From Deltaproteobacteria bacterium (GTDB lineage Bacteria > Desulfobacterota > Syntrophobacteria > Syntrophobacterales > Syntrophobacteraceae), in the NCBI GenBank assembly GCA_021777755.1, contig JAJYDE010000008.1, forward strand, positions 14,984 to 78,983: 64,000 bases of DNA, given 5' to 3'. The notes beneath the pieces are model-generated. The model searched no databases. It was not told where the DNA came from and saw only the letters and a list, made by a program, of their open reading frames with translations. Made by a program: the position numbers and the translations under genes. Shown here piece by piece: positions 18,931 through 28,627 of the stretch (positions are counted from its first letter, which is position 1; the number at the start of each line of letters is the position of its first letter).

Positions 18931-21417
18931 CTAAACGACTATATTTATCAGCTTCTTTGGAACCACGACCACCTTGCGGGGCTGCTTGCCCCCCATGAAC
19001 TCCCCGACCCTGGGGTCCGACAAGGAGATCTGTTCGATTTGCGCATCCGTTGCATCTGCGGGAACGCTCAACCTGCTTCGCAGTTTGCCGTTTACCTGGA
19101 CCACGATGAGGATCTCTTCGGCCTTGAGCGCCCCTTCGTCCCATGTGGGCCAGGGGGTGTCGAGAAGGATTTTTTCATGGCCCATGGCCTGCCAGAGTTC
19201 TTCACAAATGTGCGGGGCCATGGGAGACAGAGCGACAACGACCGCTTCCACGGCTTCCCTTACGACCGCCAGGAACATGGGGTGGTCACCGCGGTTTTCG
19301 AGAACCTGGTATGTCAGGTTCACAAGCTCCATGACCGCGGCGATCGCCGTGTTGAAATGAAACCTCTCGCGAATGTCCTCGGTCACTTTTTTTATCGTCT
19401 GATGGGTCTTGCGGCGAAGAGCCGCAAGGTCGGAGGATAGATCATCGCCATCGAAAGAGGGGGCGTTTTTCAGCGTGTCGATGTTTTCCCAGACAAGCCT
19501 CCACAACCGGGACAGGAAGCGAAAAGAGCCTTCGACGCCCTGGTCGCTCCAGTCGAGGTCCTTTTCGGGCGGGGCGGCGAAGAGGCAAAAAAGGCGCACG
19601 GTGTCGGCCCCGTAGGTTTTAATCATGACGTCGGGGTCTACGACGTTGCCCTTTGACTTGCTCATCTTGAAGCCGTCTTTAATCACCATCCCCTGGGTAA
19701 GCAGGTTTTGGAAAGGCTCATCGACTTCCAGATAGCCAAGGTCTCGGAGGACTTTTACGAAAAACCTCGAATAGAGCAGATGAAGAACGGCATGCTCTAT
19801 GCCTCCGATATACTGGTCGACGGGCATCCAGTATTTGACCTTTTGCCTGGCAAGAGGACCTTTGTCAAAATCCGGGCAGGAGTAGCGGGCGAAATACCAG
19901 GAGGATTCAACGAATGTGTCCATGGTGTCGGTTTCTCGCCTGGCCTCGGCCCCGCATTGGGGACATCGGGTCGAATAGAAGGGCTTGTGTACGGGAAGTG
20001 GAGAGCCTCCGTTTTCCAAAAGCTCCACGTCGAGCGGGAGTTCGACCGGCAGATCCTTTTCCGGGACCGGCACCACGCCGCACTTTTCACAGTAGACCAT
20101 GGGGATGGGAGCGCCCCAGTAGCGCTGCCGGGATATCCCCCAGTCGCGAAGCCTGTGCTGCACGGTCAACTCGGCAAGACCCTTTTTGGCCAAAGCCTCC
20201 GTTATGGCTACCCTGGCGGTTTCGGAATCCATTCCAGTAAATTCGGCCGAATCGACCAGAATTCCGTATTCTTCATCGGCGCCGGCAAGTTCTGAGGCGC
20301 GCGGGGGGTGTTGGGCTCCGGCCGGTTTTATGACCACATCTATTGGCAGATCGTATTTTTTTGCAAACTCGAAATCTCGCTGGTCGTGGGCGGGAACGGC
20401 CATGACCGCGCCCGTGCCGTAGGCCATGAGGACGAAATTGGCGACGTAGACGGGCATCTTTTTCCCCGTCACCGGGTTTATGCAGTAGCCGCCGGTGAAA
20501 ACGCCCTCCTTTTCCAATAGATCGGCTTCCCGTTCATTGCGTTTGGATTGCTTGGCCTTTTGGATGAAATCGAGCACCGCGGCCTCCCCGGGCTTTCCGC
20601 GGCACAGGTCTGGAACCAGCGGATGTTCGGCGGCAAGGCTCAAAAAAGTCGCCCCGAAGAGCGTATCGGCCCGGGTGGTGAAAACCTGGATGTTTCCCTC
20701 TCCCGTCTCGAGTGGAAAACAGACCCTGCTTCCGGTGCTTCTGCCAATCCAGTTCTGCTGCATGGTCAGCACCCGCTCGGGCCATCCGGGAAGCTTGAGC
20801 GTATTTTCCAGCAGTTCATCGACATAGTGGGTGATCCGGAAAAACCATTGCTCCATCTCCTTTTGAACCACCGGCGTATCACAGCGCCAGCAGACGCCGT
20901 TTTCCACCTGTTCATTGGCGAGGACCGTGCCGCAGGTCGAGCACCAGTTGACGTAGGAGCTTTTCCTGTAGGCCAACCCCTTTTCGTACATCTTGAGAAA
21001 AAAGAGCTGCTCCCACCTGTAGTATTGCGGCGTGCAGGTGGCGATTTCGCGCGACCAGTCGTAAGAAAAACCAAGTTGCTTGAGCTGGTTTCTCATGTAG
21101 TCGATATTGTCGAAAGTCCATCTGGCCGGATGGGTGCCGGCCTTTATGGCGGCGTTTTCGGCAGGCATTCCGAAAGCGTCCCAGCCCATGGGATGGAGCA
21201 CGTTGTAGCCGCGCATCCGCATGAATCGGGCGACCACGTCTCCGATGGTGTAATTTCGCACATGTCCCATATGGATGCGGCCCGAAGGATAGGGAAACAT
21301 CTCGAGCAGGTAATATTTTTCCTTGTCCGGATCCTCTCGGACTTCGAAAACCCGGGAGTCGTCCCAGTACTTCTGCCATTTTGTTTCAATTGATTTGGGC
21401 GAATATTTTTGTTCCAT
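18931..21417 (-). CDS. leuS: leucyl-tRNA synthetase
   Basis: 828 aa. Carries the HIGH motif ([11 protein letters not shown]) and the KMSKS motif (FKMSKSKGN). Confidence 0.97.
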   Translation of the reverse strand: MEQKYSPKSIETKWQKYWDDSRVFEVREDPDKEKYYLLEMFPYPSGRIHMGHVRNYTIGDVVARFMRMRGYNVLHPMGWDAFGMPAENAAIKAGTHPARWTFDNIDYMRNQLKQLGFSYDWSREIATCTPQYYRWEQLFFLKMYEKGLAYRKSSYVNWCSTCGTVLANEQVENGVCWRCDTPVVQKEMEQWFFRITHYVDELLENTLKLPGWPERVLTMQQNWIGRSTGSRVCFPLETGEGNIQVFTTRADTLFGATFLSLAAEHPLVPDLCRGKPGEAAVLDFIQKAKQSKRNEREADLLEKEGVFTGGYCINPVTGKKMPVYVANFVLMAYGTGAVMAVPAHDQRDFEFAKKYDLPIDVVIKPAGAQHPPRASELAGADEEYGILVDSAEFTGMDSETARVAITEALAKKGLAELTVQHRLRDWGISRQRYWGAPIPMVYCEKCGVVPVPEKDLPVELPLDVELLENGGSPLPVHKPFYSTRCPQCGAEARRETDTMDTFVESSWYFARYSCPDFDKGPLARQKVKYWMPVDQYIGGIEHAVLHLLYSRFFVKVLRDLGYLEVDEPFQNLLTQGMVIKDGFKMSKSKGNVVDPDVMIKTYGADTVRLFCLFAAPPEKDLDWSDQGVEGSFRFLSRLWRLVWENIDTLKNAPSFDGDDLSSDLAALRRKTHQTIKKVTEDIRERFHFNTAIAAVMELVNLTYQVLENRGDHPMFLAVVREAVEAVVVALSPMAPHICEELWQAMGHEKILLDTPWPTWDEGALKAEEILIVVQVNGKLRSRLSVPADATDAQIEQISLSDPRVGEFMGGKQPRKVVVVPKKLINIVV

Positions 21418-21423
21418 GCATCC

Positions 21424-23364
21424 TCACGAAATTTTGCCCCCGGGCGCCGTTTCCGCCTCCGGAATGATCAGTTTGAGGTCGTTTGCGTCACGCACGGCCA
21501 GAACCATTCCGTGCGATTCGATTCCCATGAGCTTGGCAGGCTTCAAGTTGGCTACGATAACCACCTGTTTGCCGACAAGGGTCCGCGGTGGGTGCGTCTT
21601 GGCGATTCCGGCCACGATCTGCCTCCGCTCTCCGATATCGACCAGAAGCTTCACCAGCTTCTCGGACTTGGGGACATTTTCCGCCGTCAGGATCCGGCCT
21701 ATGCGCAGATCCACCTGGCGGAAAAGGTCGATATCGATGAGAGCCGCAACGCTTTGTTCGGCCTTCGGGGTCGTATCGGCCCTTTTGGCCTCCTGCGCGG
21801 GTTTTGGAAGCCTCTCCTGTTTTTTGTCCGAGCTCTCGACTCTGGGGAAAAGCGATTCGCCCTTGACGACCCCGGTGCCTCCCACCAGACTACCCCAGGC
21901 GCCGTCTTTGGCCAGCCTGAGATCCTCCACCCGTTTTTCCACTCCGAGCCGCTCGAGCATCTTCGCGGAGGTCTCGGGCATAAAAGGCGAAATCAGGACG
22001 GCAACCACCCTGTTTACTTCGAGAAGTGTGCGGATGACGGTCTTTAGCCGCGCATGCCGGTCCGCATCCTTGGCCAAGTTCCAGGGAGCGGCCGTATCGA
22101 TGTATTTGTTGGCCGCGCCGATACACTCCCAAATGGCCATGAGGGCCTTGTGAAAACCAAGAGCCGGCATTTGCTCCCGGAATTGACGAAGAGCATTTTC
22201 GACCTTGGCCTGAAGCTCGGAGTCCATGGCCTCGGGCTCGGTTGCGAAGGGGGGGATCTTGCCCTCAAAGTAGCGTTCGGTCATTGCGAGCGAGCGGCTG
22301 AAAAGATTTCCCAGATCGTTTGCCAAATCGGCGTTTATGCGCTGAACGAGCGCCTCGCGGCTAAATCCCGCGTCCAGTCCGAAGACCATTTCACGCAACA
22401 GAAAATAACGAAAGGCTTCGGCTCCGTAAACGGCGGCCATGTCCAGGGGGCGGACCACCGTGCCGTGGCTTTTGCTCATTTTGCCTTCTTCGGTTTTCCA
22501 GTAGCCGTGGACGTTCAAATGGCGGTACATGGGGATCCCGGCAGCCTTGAGCATGGCCGGCCAGTAGATTCCATGAGGCTTGAGGATGTCTTTGGCAATG
22601 GTGTGCTGGGCAACCGGCCAGAACTCGGTGAAGAGCTCCCCGCCGGGATATCCCAGGGCCGAGACATAGTTTAGCAGGGCGTCGAACCAGACGTATGTGA
22701 CATAATTTGCGTCAAAGGGCAGCGGAATGCCCCAGTCGAGCCGCTCGGCGGGTCGCGAGATGCAAAGGTCTTCAAGAGGTTCGCGCAAGAAAGCCAGCAC
22801 CTCGTTTCGGTACCTCTCCGGGCGAATGCAGTCGGGATTGGACTCCAGGTGTTCGATGAGCCAGTCCTGGTATTTGCTCATTCGGAAAAAATAATTGGCT
22901 TCTTCGCGCTCGATCAGGGGCTTGTCGTGATCGGGGCATTTGCCGTCCACGATCTCCCGTTCGGTGTAGAACCGCTCACAGCCTACGCAGTAAAACCCCT
23001 TGTAGGTGCTGAAGTAGATTTCACCCGCGTCGTAAACCTTTTGCAACACGTACTGGACAACATTGACATGCTCGCTGTCCGTTGTGCGGATGAACTTGTC
23101 GCTTTGGATGCCGAGCTTGGGCCATGTTTGGCGGAAAAGGCCGCTGATCCTGTCGGCGTACGCCTTGGGGGATATGCCCGAAGACCGGGCGGCCTGAGCT
23201 ATCTTATCGCCGTGTTCGTCGGTGCCGGTCAAAAAAAAGGTCTTCGATCCCATGATCTTGTGGAAACGGTTCAAAACGTCGGCCACAATGGTGGTATAGG
23301 CGTGGCCTATGTGGGGTTCGGCATTGACGTAGTAGATCGGAGTCGTAATATAGAATCGGTTCAT
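21424..23364 (-). CDS. metG: methionyl-tRNA synthetase with C-terminal tRNA-binding (EMAP-like) domain
   Basis: 646 aa. Carries HIGHAYT, KMSKSHG and a C-terminal DLRIGRI...VVIVANLKPAKLMG OB-fold. Confidence 0.97.
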   Translation of the reverse strand: MNRFYITTPIYYVNAEPHIGHAYTTIVADVLNRFHKIMGSKTFFLTGTDEHGDKIAQAARSSGISPKAYADRISGLFRQTWPKLGIQSDKFIRTTDSEHVNVVQYVLQKVYDAGEIYFSTYKGFYCVGCERFYTEREIVDGKCPDHDKPLIEREEANYFFRMSKYQDWLIEHLESNPDCIRPERYRNEVLAFLREPLEDLCISRPAERLDWGIPLPFDANYVTYVWFDALLNYVSALGYPGGELFTEFWPVAQHTIAKDILKPHGIYWPAMLKAAGIPMYRHLNVHGYWKTEEGKMSKSHGTVVRPLDMAAVYGAEAFRYFLLREMVFGLDAGFSREALVQRINADLANDLGNLFSRSLAMTERYFEGKIPPFATEPEAMDSELQAKVENALRQFREQMPALGFHKALMAIWECIGAANKYIDTAAPWNLAKDADRHARLKTVIRTLLEVNRVVAVLISPFMPETSAKMLERLGVEKRVEDLRLAKDGAWGSLVGGTGVVKGESLFPRVESSDKKQERLPKPAQEAKRADTTPKAEQSVAALIDIDLFRQVDLRIGRILTAENVPKSEKLVKLLVDIGERRQIVAGIAKTHPPRTLVGKQVVIVANLKPAKLMGIESHGMVLAVRDANDLKLIIPEAETAPGGKIS

Positions 23365-23407
23365 TTGCCCTCTTTCAGTTCAGTAACAAGGGAATATCGA
23401 GCGGGTT

Positions 23408-24241
23408 TCATTCCTTGCACCGTTCACCCCCACCACTTTTGACTCCATCTTTGCCCCTGTCTTTCACATCGATCTCCAGTTCCCGACCGTCTTCCAGAAG
23501 CACCGTGTAGGAACGGCCTATTACATTCTGCCGTACAACTTTTCCCTTCCCTTCAGGCAGTTCCACTTTCTTGCCCATCTTGGGCATATCCTTGCGCAGT
23601 TCCTTGTAGGTTTCGTGTTCATACTGCAGACAGCACATGAGCCTGCCGCAGGCTCCGGAGATTTTAGAGGGATTGAGACTAAGATTTTGCTCCTTGGCCA
23701 TTCTTATGGAAACGGCGTGAAAATTCTTCAAAAACGTCGCACAGCATAGAGGCCTGCCGCAGCCTCCAAGGCCGCCCACCATTTTGGCCTGGTTTCTGAT
23801 TCCTATCTGCCGCAACTCCACGCGTGTGCGCAAGCGCCTGACGAGGTCCTTGAGGAGTTCCCTGAAATCTACCCTGCCCTCGGCGGTGAAGTAGAAGATG
23901 ATCTTGGCTCCGTCGAAAAAATACTCCACATCCACCAGATTCATGGGAAGCTGGTGGGTGGCGATCCTTTCAAGGCAAAAAGCCTTCGCGTCCGCCTCGA
24001 CCTGCGCATTGTCGGCCAGTTGGCGTATTTCCTCCCTGGTCGCCATCCGCTCGATCTTCTTGATTTCCTTGGGATGTATATCGGGATTTCTTGGACAGGG
24101 CGGTTCAACGACTAGTCCAAGCCCCACCCCCTGTTCCGTTTTAACAATCACATAGTCGTCCCTTGCGGGAGAAAATTCGCCCGGATCAAAATTATAGAGC
24201 CTGCCCCCTTTTCGAAAACGAATTCCAATGACCTTTTCCAT
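23408..24241 (-). CDS. ricT: PSP1 domain protein (YaaT/RicT-like)
   Basis: 277 aa. Has a PSP1 C-terminal-type core with GGCGRPLCCATFL and CGRLMCCLQYE Cys motifs, and sits directly downstream of holB as in many bacteria. Confidence 0.85.
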   Translation of the reverse strand: MEKVIGIRFRKGGRLYNFDPGEFSPARDDYVIVKTEQGVGLGLVVEPPCPRNPDIHPKEIKKIERMATREEIRQLADNAQVEADAKAFCLERIATHQLPMNLVDVEYFFDGAKIIFYFTAEGRVDFRELLKDLVRRLRTRVELRQIGIRNQAKMVGGLGGCGRPLCCATFLKNFHAVSIRMAKEQNLSLNPSKISGACGRLMCCLQYEHETYKELRKDMPKMGKKVELPEGKGKVVRQNVIGRSYTVLLEDGRELEIDVKDRGKDGVKSGGGERCKE

Positions 24242-25250
24242 ATAACAAGTCCTTTATGGCCAGGCAGAGGCCTTCGAGGCACATCTGCAGGTTTGCATTC
24301 ACTTTTAAACCTTGCATGGCCAGTTCCACCCTTTGATATAAAATGAACAGGTGTTCGGCCGGGACAGACCCGGCCGCTTCCCTGGTTTTGCCGTGAAGTT
24401 CGAAGGTGAGCGCGGGGCCATTTCCCGCGGTCCCTTCCGCTGGACTGCGAGCCCCGGCGACCCGGTACAAGATGAGGTCGCGCACCCATAGCTTTATAAA
24501 CTCGAGATCGCGTTCCACGGTTTCGCGACCCTTTGCCCAATCGGAAACCATGGGAAAAAGATCGAGAATGGAAAGGGTCGCAAGGCTTTCCAAACGCTCG
24601 ACAACCTTTTTCCAGCCCTCGGTTTGATCCTGGCCGCAAAACCATCCGGCCTTTTCGAGGCTGCCTTCGGCCAGTCGGGCAATGGCCTCGGCGCTCGGGG
24701 CCAAGAGCCCCTTTTGGCTCACGAGCCACTGCGCCACGATCCGGTCATCCAGGGGCTGAAAACGCACCTGACAGCATCTCGAGACGATGGTGGGCAAAAG
24801 CATCTGCGACTCGAGTGTGAGCAGGATGAAAATATTGGCCTCGGGCGGCTCCTCCAAAATTTTTAAGATGGCGTTGGCCGCAAGCTCCATCATCTTGTGC
24901 GCGTCATGAATTATAACGACGCGGAATTTGCCCTCGAAGGGACGGAAGCGAAACCGCTTCACCAGTTCGCGTATCTGCTCGACTTTGATGGACGCTCCGT
25001 CGCTTTTGACATGGACCACATCGGGATGAAGCCCTTCTTCGAGTTTGTGGCACGACCCGCAGGAGCCGCAAGCATCATGATCGCGCGGCGAAAGGCAGTT
25101 CAAAGCCCTGGCAAACTCCAAGGCCGCGGCAAGTTTTCCCGAACCCGCCATGCCGGAAAAAAGAAAGGCATGCGGAACGGTCTCTTTTTCGAGCACCCGC
25201 TTTAGAAAGCCAACGGCCCTCCGCTGGCCCGCAATACTGGATAGCGCCAT
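24192..25250 (-). CDS. holB: DNA polymerase III delta-prime subunit
   Basis: HAFLFSGMAGSGKLAAALEFARALNC plus a zinc-module Cys cluster (CGSCGSC). The 3' end overlaps the PSP1 gene by 50 nt. Confidence 0.85.
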   Translation of the reverse strand: MALSSIAGQRRAVGFLKRVLEKETVPHAFLFSGMAGSGKLAAALEFARALNCLSPRDHDACGSCGSCHKLEEGLHPDVVHVKSDGASIKVEQIRELVKRFRFRPFEGKFRVVIIHDAHKMMELAANAILKILEEPPEANIFILLTLESQMLLPTIVSRCCQVRFQPLDDRIVAQWLVSQKGLLAPSAEAIARLAEGSLEKAGWFCGQDQTEGWKKVVERLESLATLSILDLFPMVSDWAKGRETVERDLEFIKLWVRDLILYRVAGARSPAEGTAGNGPALTFELHGKTREAAGSVPAEHLFILYQRVELAMQGLKVNANLQMCLEGLCLAIKDLLYGKGHWNSFSKRGQAL

Positions 25251-25306
25251 ATTTGTCCAGCGTCTTTTCGATCAGTCGAGATCTTTTCCGTCGTTTGCCA
25301 CAGCTG

Positions 25307-26329
25307 TCAACTCCGGCTGTCGATCTGTTCGTTAGATGCGGCCTGCGCGCCATTGTCCTTGGGAAAGCCGCGAAAAAAATGCCTGCCGAAAATGGTTTCA
25401 TATCCCGTCCACAGGCCGTCGTTATGGCTTGAATCGGAGATAATCCTGTCTATGGAGTTCATCTTCGCGTCCAGATCGTCGGCCAGGTGCAGGGCGAAAG
25501 CCTCCCTGCTTGCAGGCGGCCTCACGGCGCCAAACTGGGTCTCGCCATGGTGGCTGAGGATAAGGTGCTTTACGATGAGCGTGGCCTCGGCGGGAAAACC
25601 GGCGAGGCGCCCGATCACCCGGTCGATGATCTGAGTGCCCAGCACCATGTGTCCCACAAGTCGCCCCGCATCGGAATAGTCGATGCGGGTGTCGTAGACG
25701 AATTCCTCTATTTTCCCGATGTCGTGGAAAAAAGCGCCGGCCATCAGCTGGTTGCGGTCGAGCACCGGATAATGATTGCTGAACCTGTAGGCGAGCGTCA
25801 TGACCGACAATGTATGCTCGAGAAGACCGCCGATGTAGGCATGGTGCATGGATTTGGCCGCCGGGGCCGTTTTGAACCGGACCATGATGGCCGAATCGGC
25901 CAGCACCGCACGGCAAAGCCTTTGAAAGGGGTCCTCGGTCATGCCCGCCACGAGTTTGCTCAGATTTTCGAAAAGTACCTCCCGGTCATGGGGGCAGACC
26001 GGGAGAAAATCACTCGGGTCGCAGCTCCCGGCGGCGACAGGCAAAATTTCGGATATGTTTAGCTGAATGCGGTCCTTGTAGAGTTCTGTCCTTGCCCGAA
26101 TAAATACGATATCCCCGGACTTGAAAAGCTCCGAAGCCTCAGCCGCCTTTTCCCACATCTTGCCGCTGACCTCGCCCGTTTTGTCCGAGAGCCTCAAATC
26201 GAGGTACGTCGAACCGTTGCGCGCGGTCTTCAGTTGCTTTTCAGCGACAAAATGTGAAGACATTTCGACGTTTGGTTTTAGTTCCGATATGAACAACTTG
26301 GGCACCGGCCACCTGCCTTGGCTTTTCAT
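25307..26329 (-). CDS. OB-fold + HD-domain phosphohydrolase (YhaM-like 3'-5' exoribonuclease family)
   Basis: 340 aa. The N-terminal OB-fold (YLDLRLSDKTGEVSGKMW) is followed by an HD domain (FFHDIGK ... LILSHHG). Confidence 0.7.
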   Translation of the reverse strand: MKSQGRWPVPKLFISELKPNVEMSSHFVAEKQLKTARNGSTYLDLRLSDKTGEVSGKMWEKAAEASELFKSGDIVFIRARTELYKDRIQLNISEILPVAAGSCDPSDFLPVCPHDREVLFENLSKLVAGMTEDPFQRLCRAVLADSAIMVRFKTAPAAKSMHHAYIGGLLEHTLSVMTLAYRFSNHYPVLDRNQLMAGAFFHDIGKIEEFVYDTRIDYSDAGRLVGHMVLGTQIIDRVIGRLAGFPAEATLIVKHLILSHHGETQFGAVRPPASREAFALHLADDLDAKMNSIDRIISDSSHNDGLWTGYETIFGRHFFRGFPKDNGAQAASNEQIDSRS

Positions 26330-26397
26330 AGTGTAAAAGGCTCATTTTATTACGTTCCGGCCCTTGAGTCAAACCCAACCGCAAAGGACCGATTTTC

Positions 26398-26652
26398 TTA
26401 CTCCACAACGATTTTAGTGGCTTTTTTGCCCTCCGAGCCCTCCTTTCTTTTCTCAAGGTTCGAGATGCGCTGGTCGATCAGCGACCGGAAGGCCTGGAGT
26501 ATTTCGATGCGGGCGTTATACATGTGGGTGTAAAACGCCCCCTGTTTTTCCTTGGCGTCTTTTACCGTTTTGATAAGGGAGCAAAAAAGGCAGTTCATGC
26601 TCTCGGCTTGCGGTTCGTCGTTGTGGCAGGATTCATCCATGGTTTCCTCCAA
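26398..26652 (-). CDS. small hypothetical protein (CxxC + predicted helical C-terminus), coupled to the ArsA-like ATPase
   Basis: 84-aa ORF whose start overlaps the ArsA-family stop by 8-20 nt, depending on which ATG is used. Carries CLFC and an amphipathic C-terminus. No family recognised. Confidence 0.5.
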   Translation of the reverse strand: MEETMDESCHNDEPQAESMNCLFCSLIKTVKDAKEKQGAFYTHMYNARIEILQAFRSLIDQRISNLEKRKEGSEGKKATKIVVE

Positions 26653-27823
26653 AATCGATTACAAGATAGTCCTCGATCAGCCGGGCCTTGCCTGGTTCGA
26701 GAGAAACGAAGGCGCGAGGCAAGATAATGTTTCTTTTAAAATTGCCTATGCGCACGATCAGTTCTTCACCGACCTTGGAAAGCTCCACCTCGGCTTTTTC
26801 CATAAACGGCAGGTGAATTCTTGCCGTGTAGCGGCCGTTTTCACCGCTGAATTCGCAGGTGCGACGGCTGTAGAAGATGTCCGAGGGATTGAGGTCCTTG
26901 AAGAGTTGGCTTCCGAGATTTCCAAGGGCGTCTTGCCCGAGGATCTCGCTGCTGTGAAAGGGAACTTGAAGCAGCGGAACGGGATGAAAATAAGACCTCG
27001 CCAAATCAAAATATTCCTTCTGCGACTTTTGCCACGACTCCATGAACTCCCCCCGCGCCTCCTCGGGGAAAACTCGGTTGATGATCACCGCATCGATGGA
27101 AAGCTGGTGGAGCGAAAAGAACATGAATGCCCTTTGGGTTTCGCGAAGCACCATTTTTTCAAGGTTTGTGACCAGGCGTACCGTTGTGATCGCGGGATCG
27201 GTGAGCAACCGGTCCACCCCCTGAAGTCTTTGAAAAAGATTTTCGATAGAGGCGAAGTATTCGTCTTCGGGCAGCGGAATGTCGGAGAACCGTTTGGCAA
27301 CCGGCCTCATGTAGCCCACAAGTTTTCTTTCCACCCGGAAGACCTTCTTCATGTACCATTCGAGGGTTTTGGGAAGGCTCACAAAACGGATCGATTCGGC
27401 GGTCGGAGCGCAATCGAGAATGATCAGATCGTATGCATTCTCTTTTGCGTACCGGTTGACGTAGAGCAGCGCCGCCACCTCTTCCATGCCGGGAAGGATG
27501 GCCAGTTCCTCGGCCAGCACGTCCTCGATGCCCGAGGCGCTTAGCAGTACCGAAATATACTTGTGGACTTCCCCCCAATATTTGGAGATTTCCTCGTGAA
27601 CGTCGAGTTCCTGGATGGAAAGACCTTGCGAAATATTTATGGGCGCCCCCCGGTTTTTATCCATGAGGGAGCGGTCGAGATCGAAAGCGTCGGAGAGACT
27701 GTGCGCCGGATCAAGAGACATGACCAGGGTATTTAGCCCAAGCTTTGAGGCGGCAACCCCCGTCGCCCCGGCAACGCTTGTTTTCCCGACCCCGCCTTTT
27801 CCGGCATACAGCAATATTCTCAT
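26633..27823 (-). CDS. ArsA/GET3-family ATPase with C-terminal HSP20-like domain
   Basis: 396 aa. Has the deviant Walker A GKGGVGKTS, an ArsA-type switch region and a beta-rich C-terminus (RIHLPFMEKAEVELSKVGEELIVRIGNFKRNIILP) resembling the ArsA_HSP20 domain. Confidence 0.85.
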   Translation of the reverse strand: MRILLYAGKGGVGKTSVAGATGVAASKLGLNTLVMSLDPAHSLSDAFDLDRSLMDKNRGAPINISQGLSIQELDVHEEISKYWGEVHKYISVLLSASGIEDVLAEELAILPGMEEVAALLYVNRYAKENAYDLIILDCAPTAESIRFVSLPKTLEWYMKKVFRVERKLVGYMRPVAKRFSDIPLPEDEYFASIENLFQRLQGVDRLLTDPAITTVRLVTNLEKMVLRETQRAFMFFSLHQLSIDAVIINRVFPEEARGEFMESWQKSQKEYFDLARSYFHPVPLLQVPFHSSEILGQDALGNLGSQLFKDLNPSDIFYSRRTCEFSGENGRYTARIHLPFMEKAEVELSKVGEELIVRIGNFKRNIILPRAFVSLEPGKARLIEDYLVIDFGGNHG

Positions 27824-27937
27824 AAACGGAGCTCCGTTCCGTAAATATTTTACTTATTTTAATCGATCGATCATACTATATTAAAATATAAATGACAAAG
27901 TCGTGTCGCCAAAGAGCGAAAAATTGAAAGGAGGGCC

Positions 27938-28309
27938 GTGAGGGTGGAAAAGCCTGCGTTGAACGATCTGGTCCAAAAAATAAAGGACAGGGCGGACTTT
28001 TCGAAAGTCGGAATGATCGTCTGCCACAACGGGGTGGTGCGGGGCGTCTCCCGTAGCGGGAAACCCGTGGAATACCTCGACATTGATGCGGATATGCAAA
28101 TCTGGGAGAAAATCCTTGAAGAGATGAGGGCCGAACCGGGCATCGTTGCCGTCGATGCCAGCCTGCTTACCGGAAGACGCTTTGTTGGCGATGACGTGAT
28201 GTATGTGGCCGTTGCGGGAGACATCCGGGAAAACGTTTTCCCCGCATTGGAAAAAACCGTCAACCGCCTGAAAAAGGAAGCGGTGAAAAAAAGCGAAAAG
28301 CTTCTTTGA
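27938..28309 (+). CDS. MoaE-like (molybdopterin synthase catalytic subunit family) small protein
   Basis: 123 aa, GTG start after AAAGGAGGG. GMIVCHNGVVRG, the VEYLDIDAD region and a C-terminal RLKKEAVKK loosely follow the MoaE pattern. Weak assignment. Confidence 0.5.
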   Translation: MRVEKPALNDLVQKIKDRADFSKVGMIVCHNGVVRGVSRSGKPVEYLDIDADMQIWEKILEEMRAEPGIVAVDASLLTGRRFVGDDVMYVAVAGDIRENVFPALEKTVNRLKKEAVKKSEKLL

Positions 28310-28323
28310 AAAGAAGCTGGAAA

Positions 28324-28358
28324 ATCGAGACGCGCGGAAATGCGTCTCGATTTTCTTC
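28324..28358 (+). terminator. intrinsic terminator after the MoaE-like gene
   Basis: A 10-bp perfect stem ATCGAGACGC / GCGTCTCGAT with an 8-nt loop, followed by TTTCTTCC. Confidence 0.65.
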
Positions 28359-28627
28359 CTGCTTTGGGGGCTCCCCCTCCGGGGGGAGGGGGAAGCCGCT
28401 TTGAGAATATAATCACATAGAAGGGAGGATTTTTTTCGGGAAACCCGCCAGGATCGTGTTGACATTTTCCCGGTTGGCTGCTATCTAGATGTCCCGACAT
28501 TTCTGGTCCGCTGGATATGCGAAACAGTTCCTTTCCCTCTCTTAACATCGCGCACACATCCGTGTTTTTCGCCAAAGCTGGACAAAGCCGCAATCCTCTA
28601 TCAATCACTTAAAATTCAGGAGGTTCC

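Noticed and set aside
28366-28396. CTCCCCCTCC/GGAGGGGGAA G/C-tract inverted repeat. Similar homopolymer hairpins occur at 48577-48592 and 43610-43640.
   Set aside because: These are short, imperfect, single-copy hairpins in intergenic DNA. They are not arrayed, so they are not CRISPR or REP-like repeats in this window, and they are most simply read as incidental secondary-structure elements.
27871-28608. 245-aa minus-strand ORF covering the MoaE-like gene and the acs upstream region.
   Set aside because: It runs through a clear + strand terminator and the acs promoter region. Its product is low-complexity (Ser/Pro/Arg-rich). The + strand MoaE-like ORF has a strong RBS.
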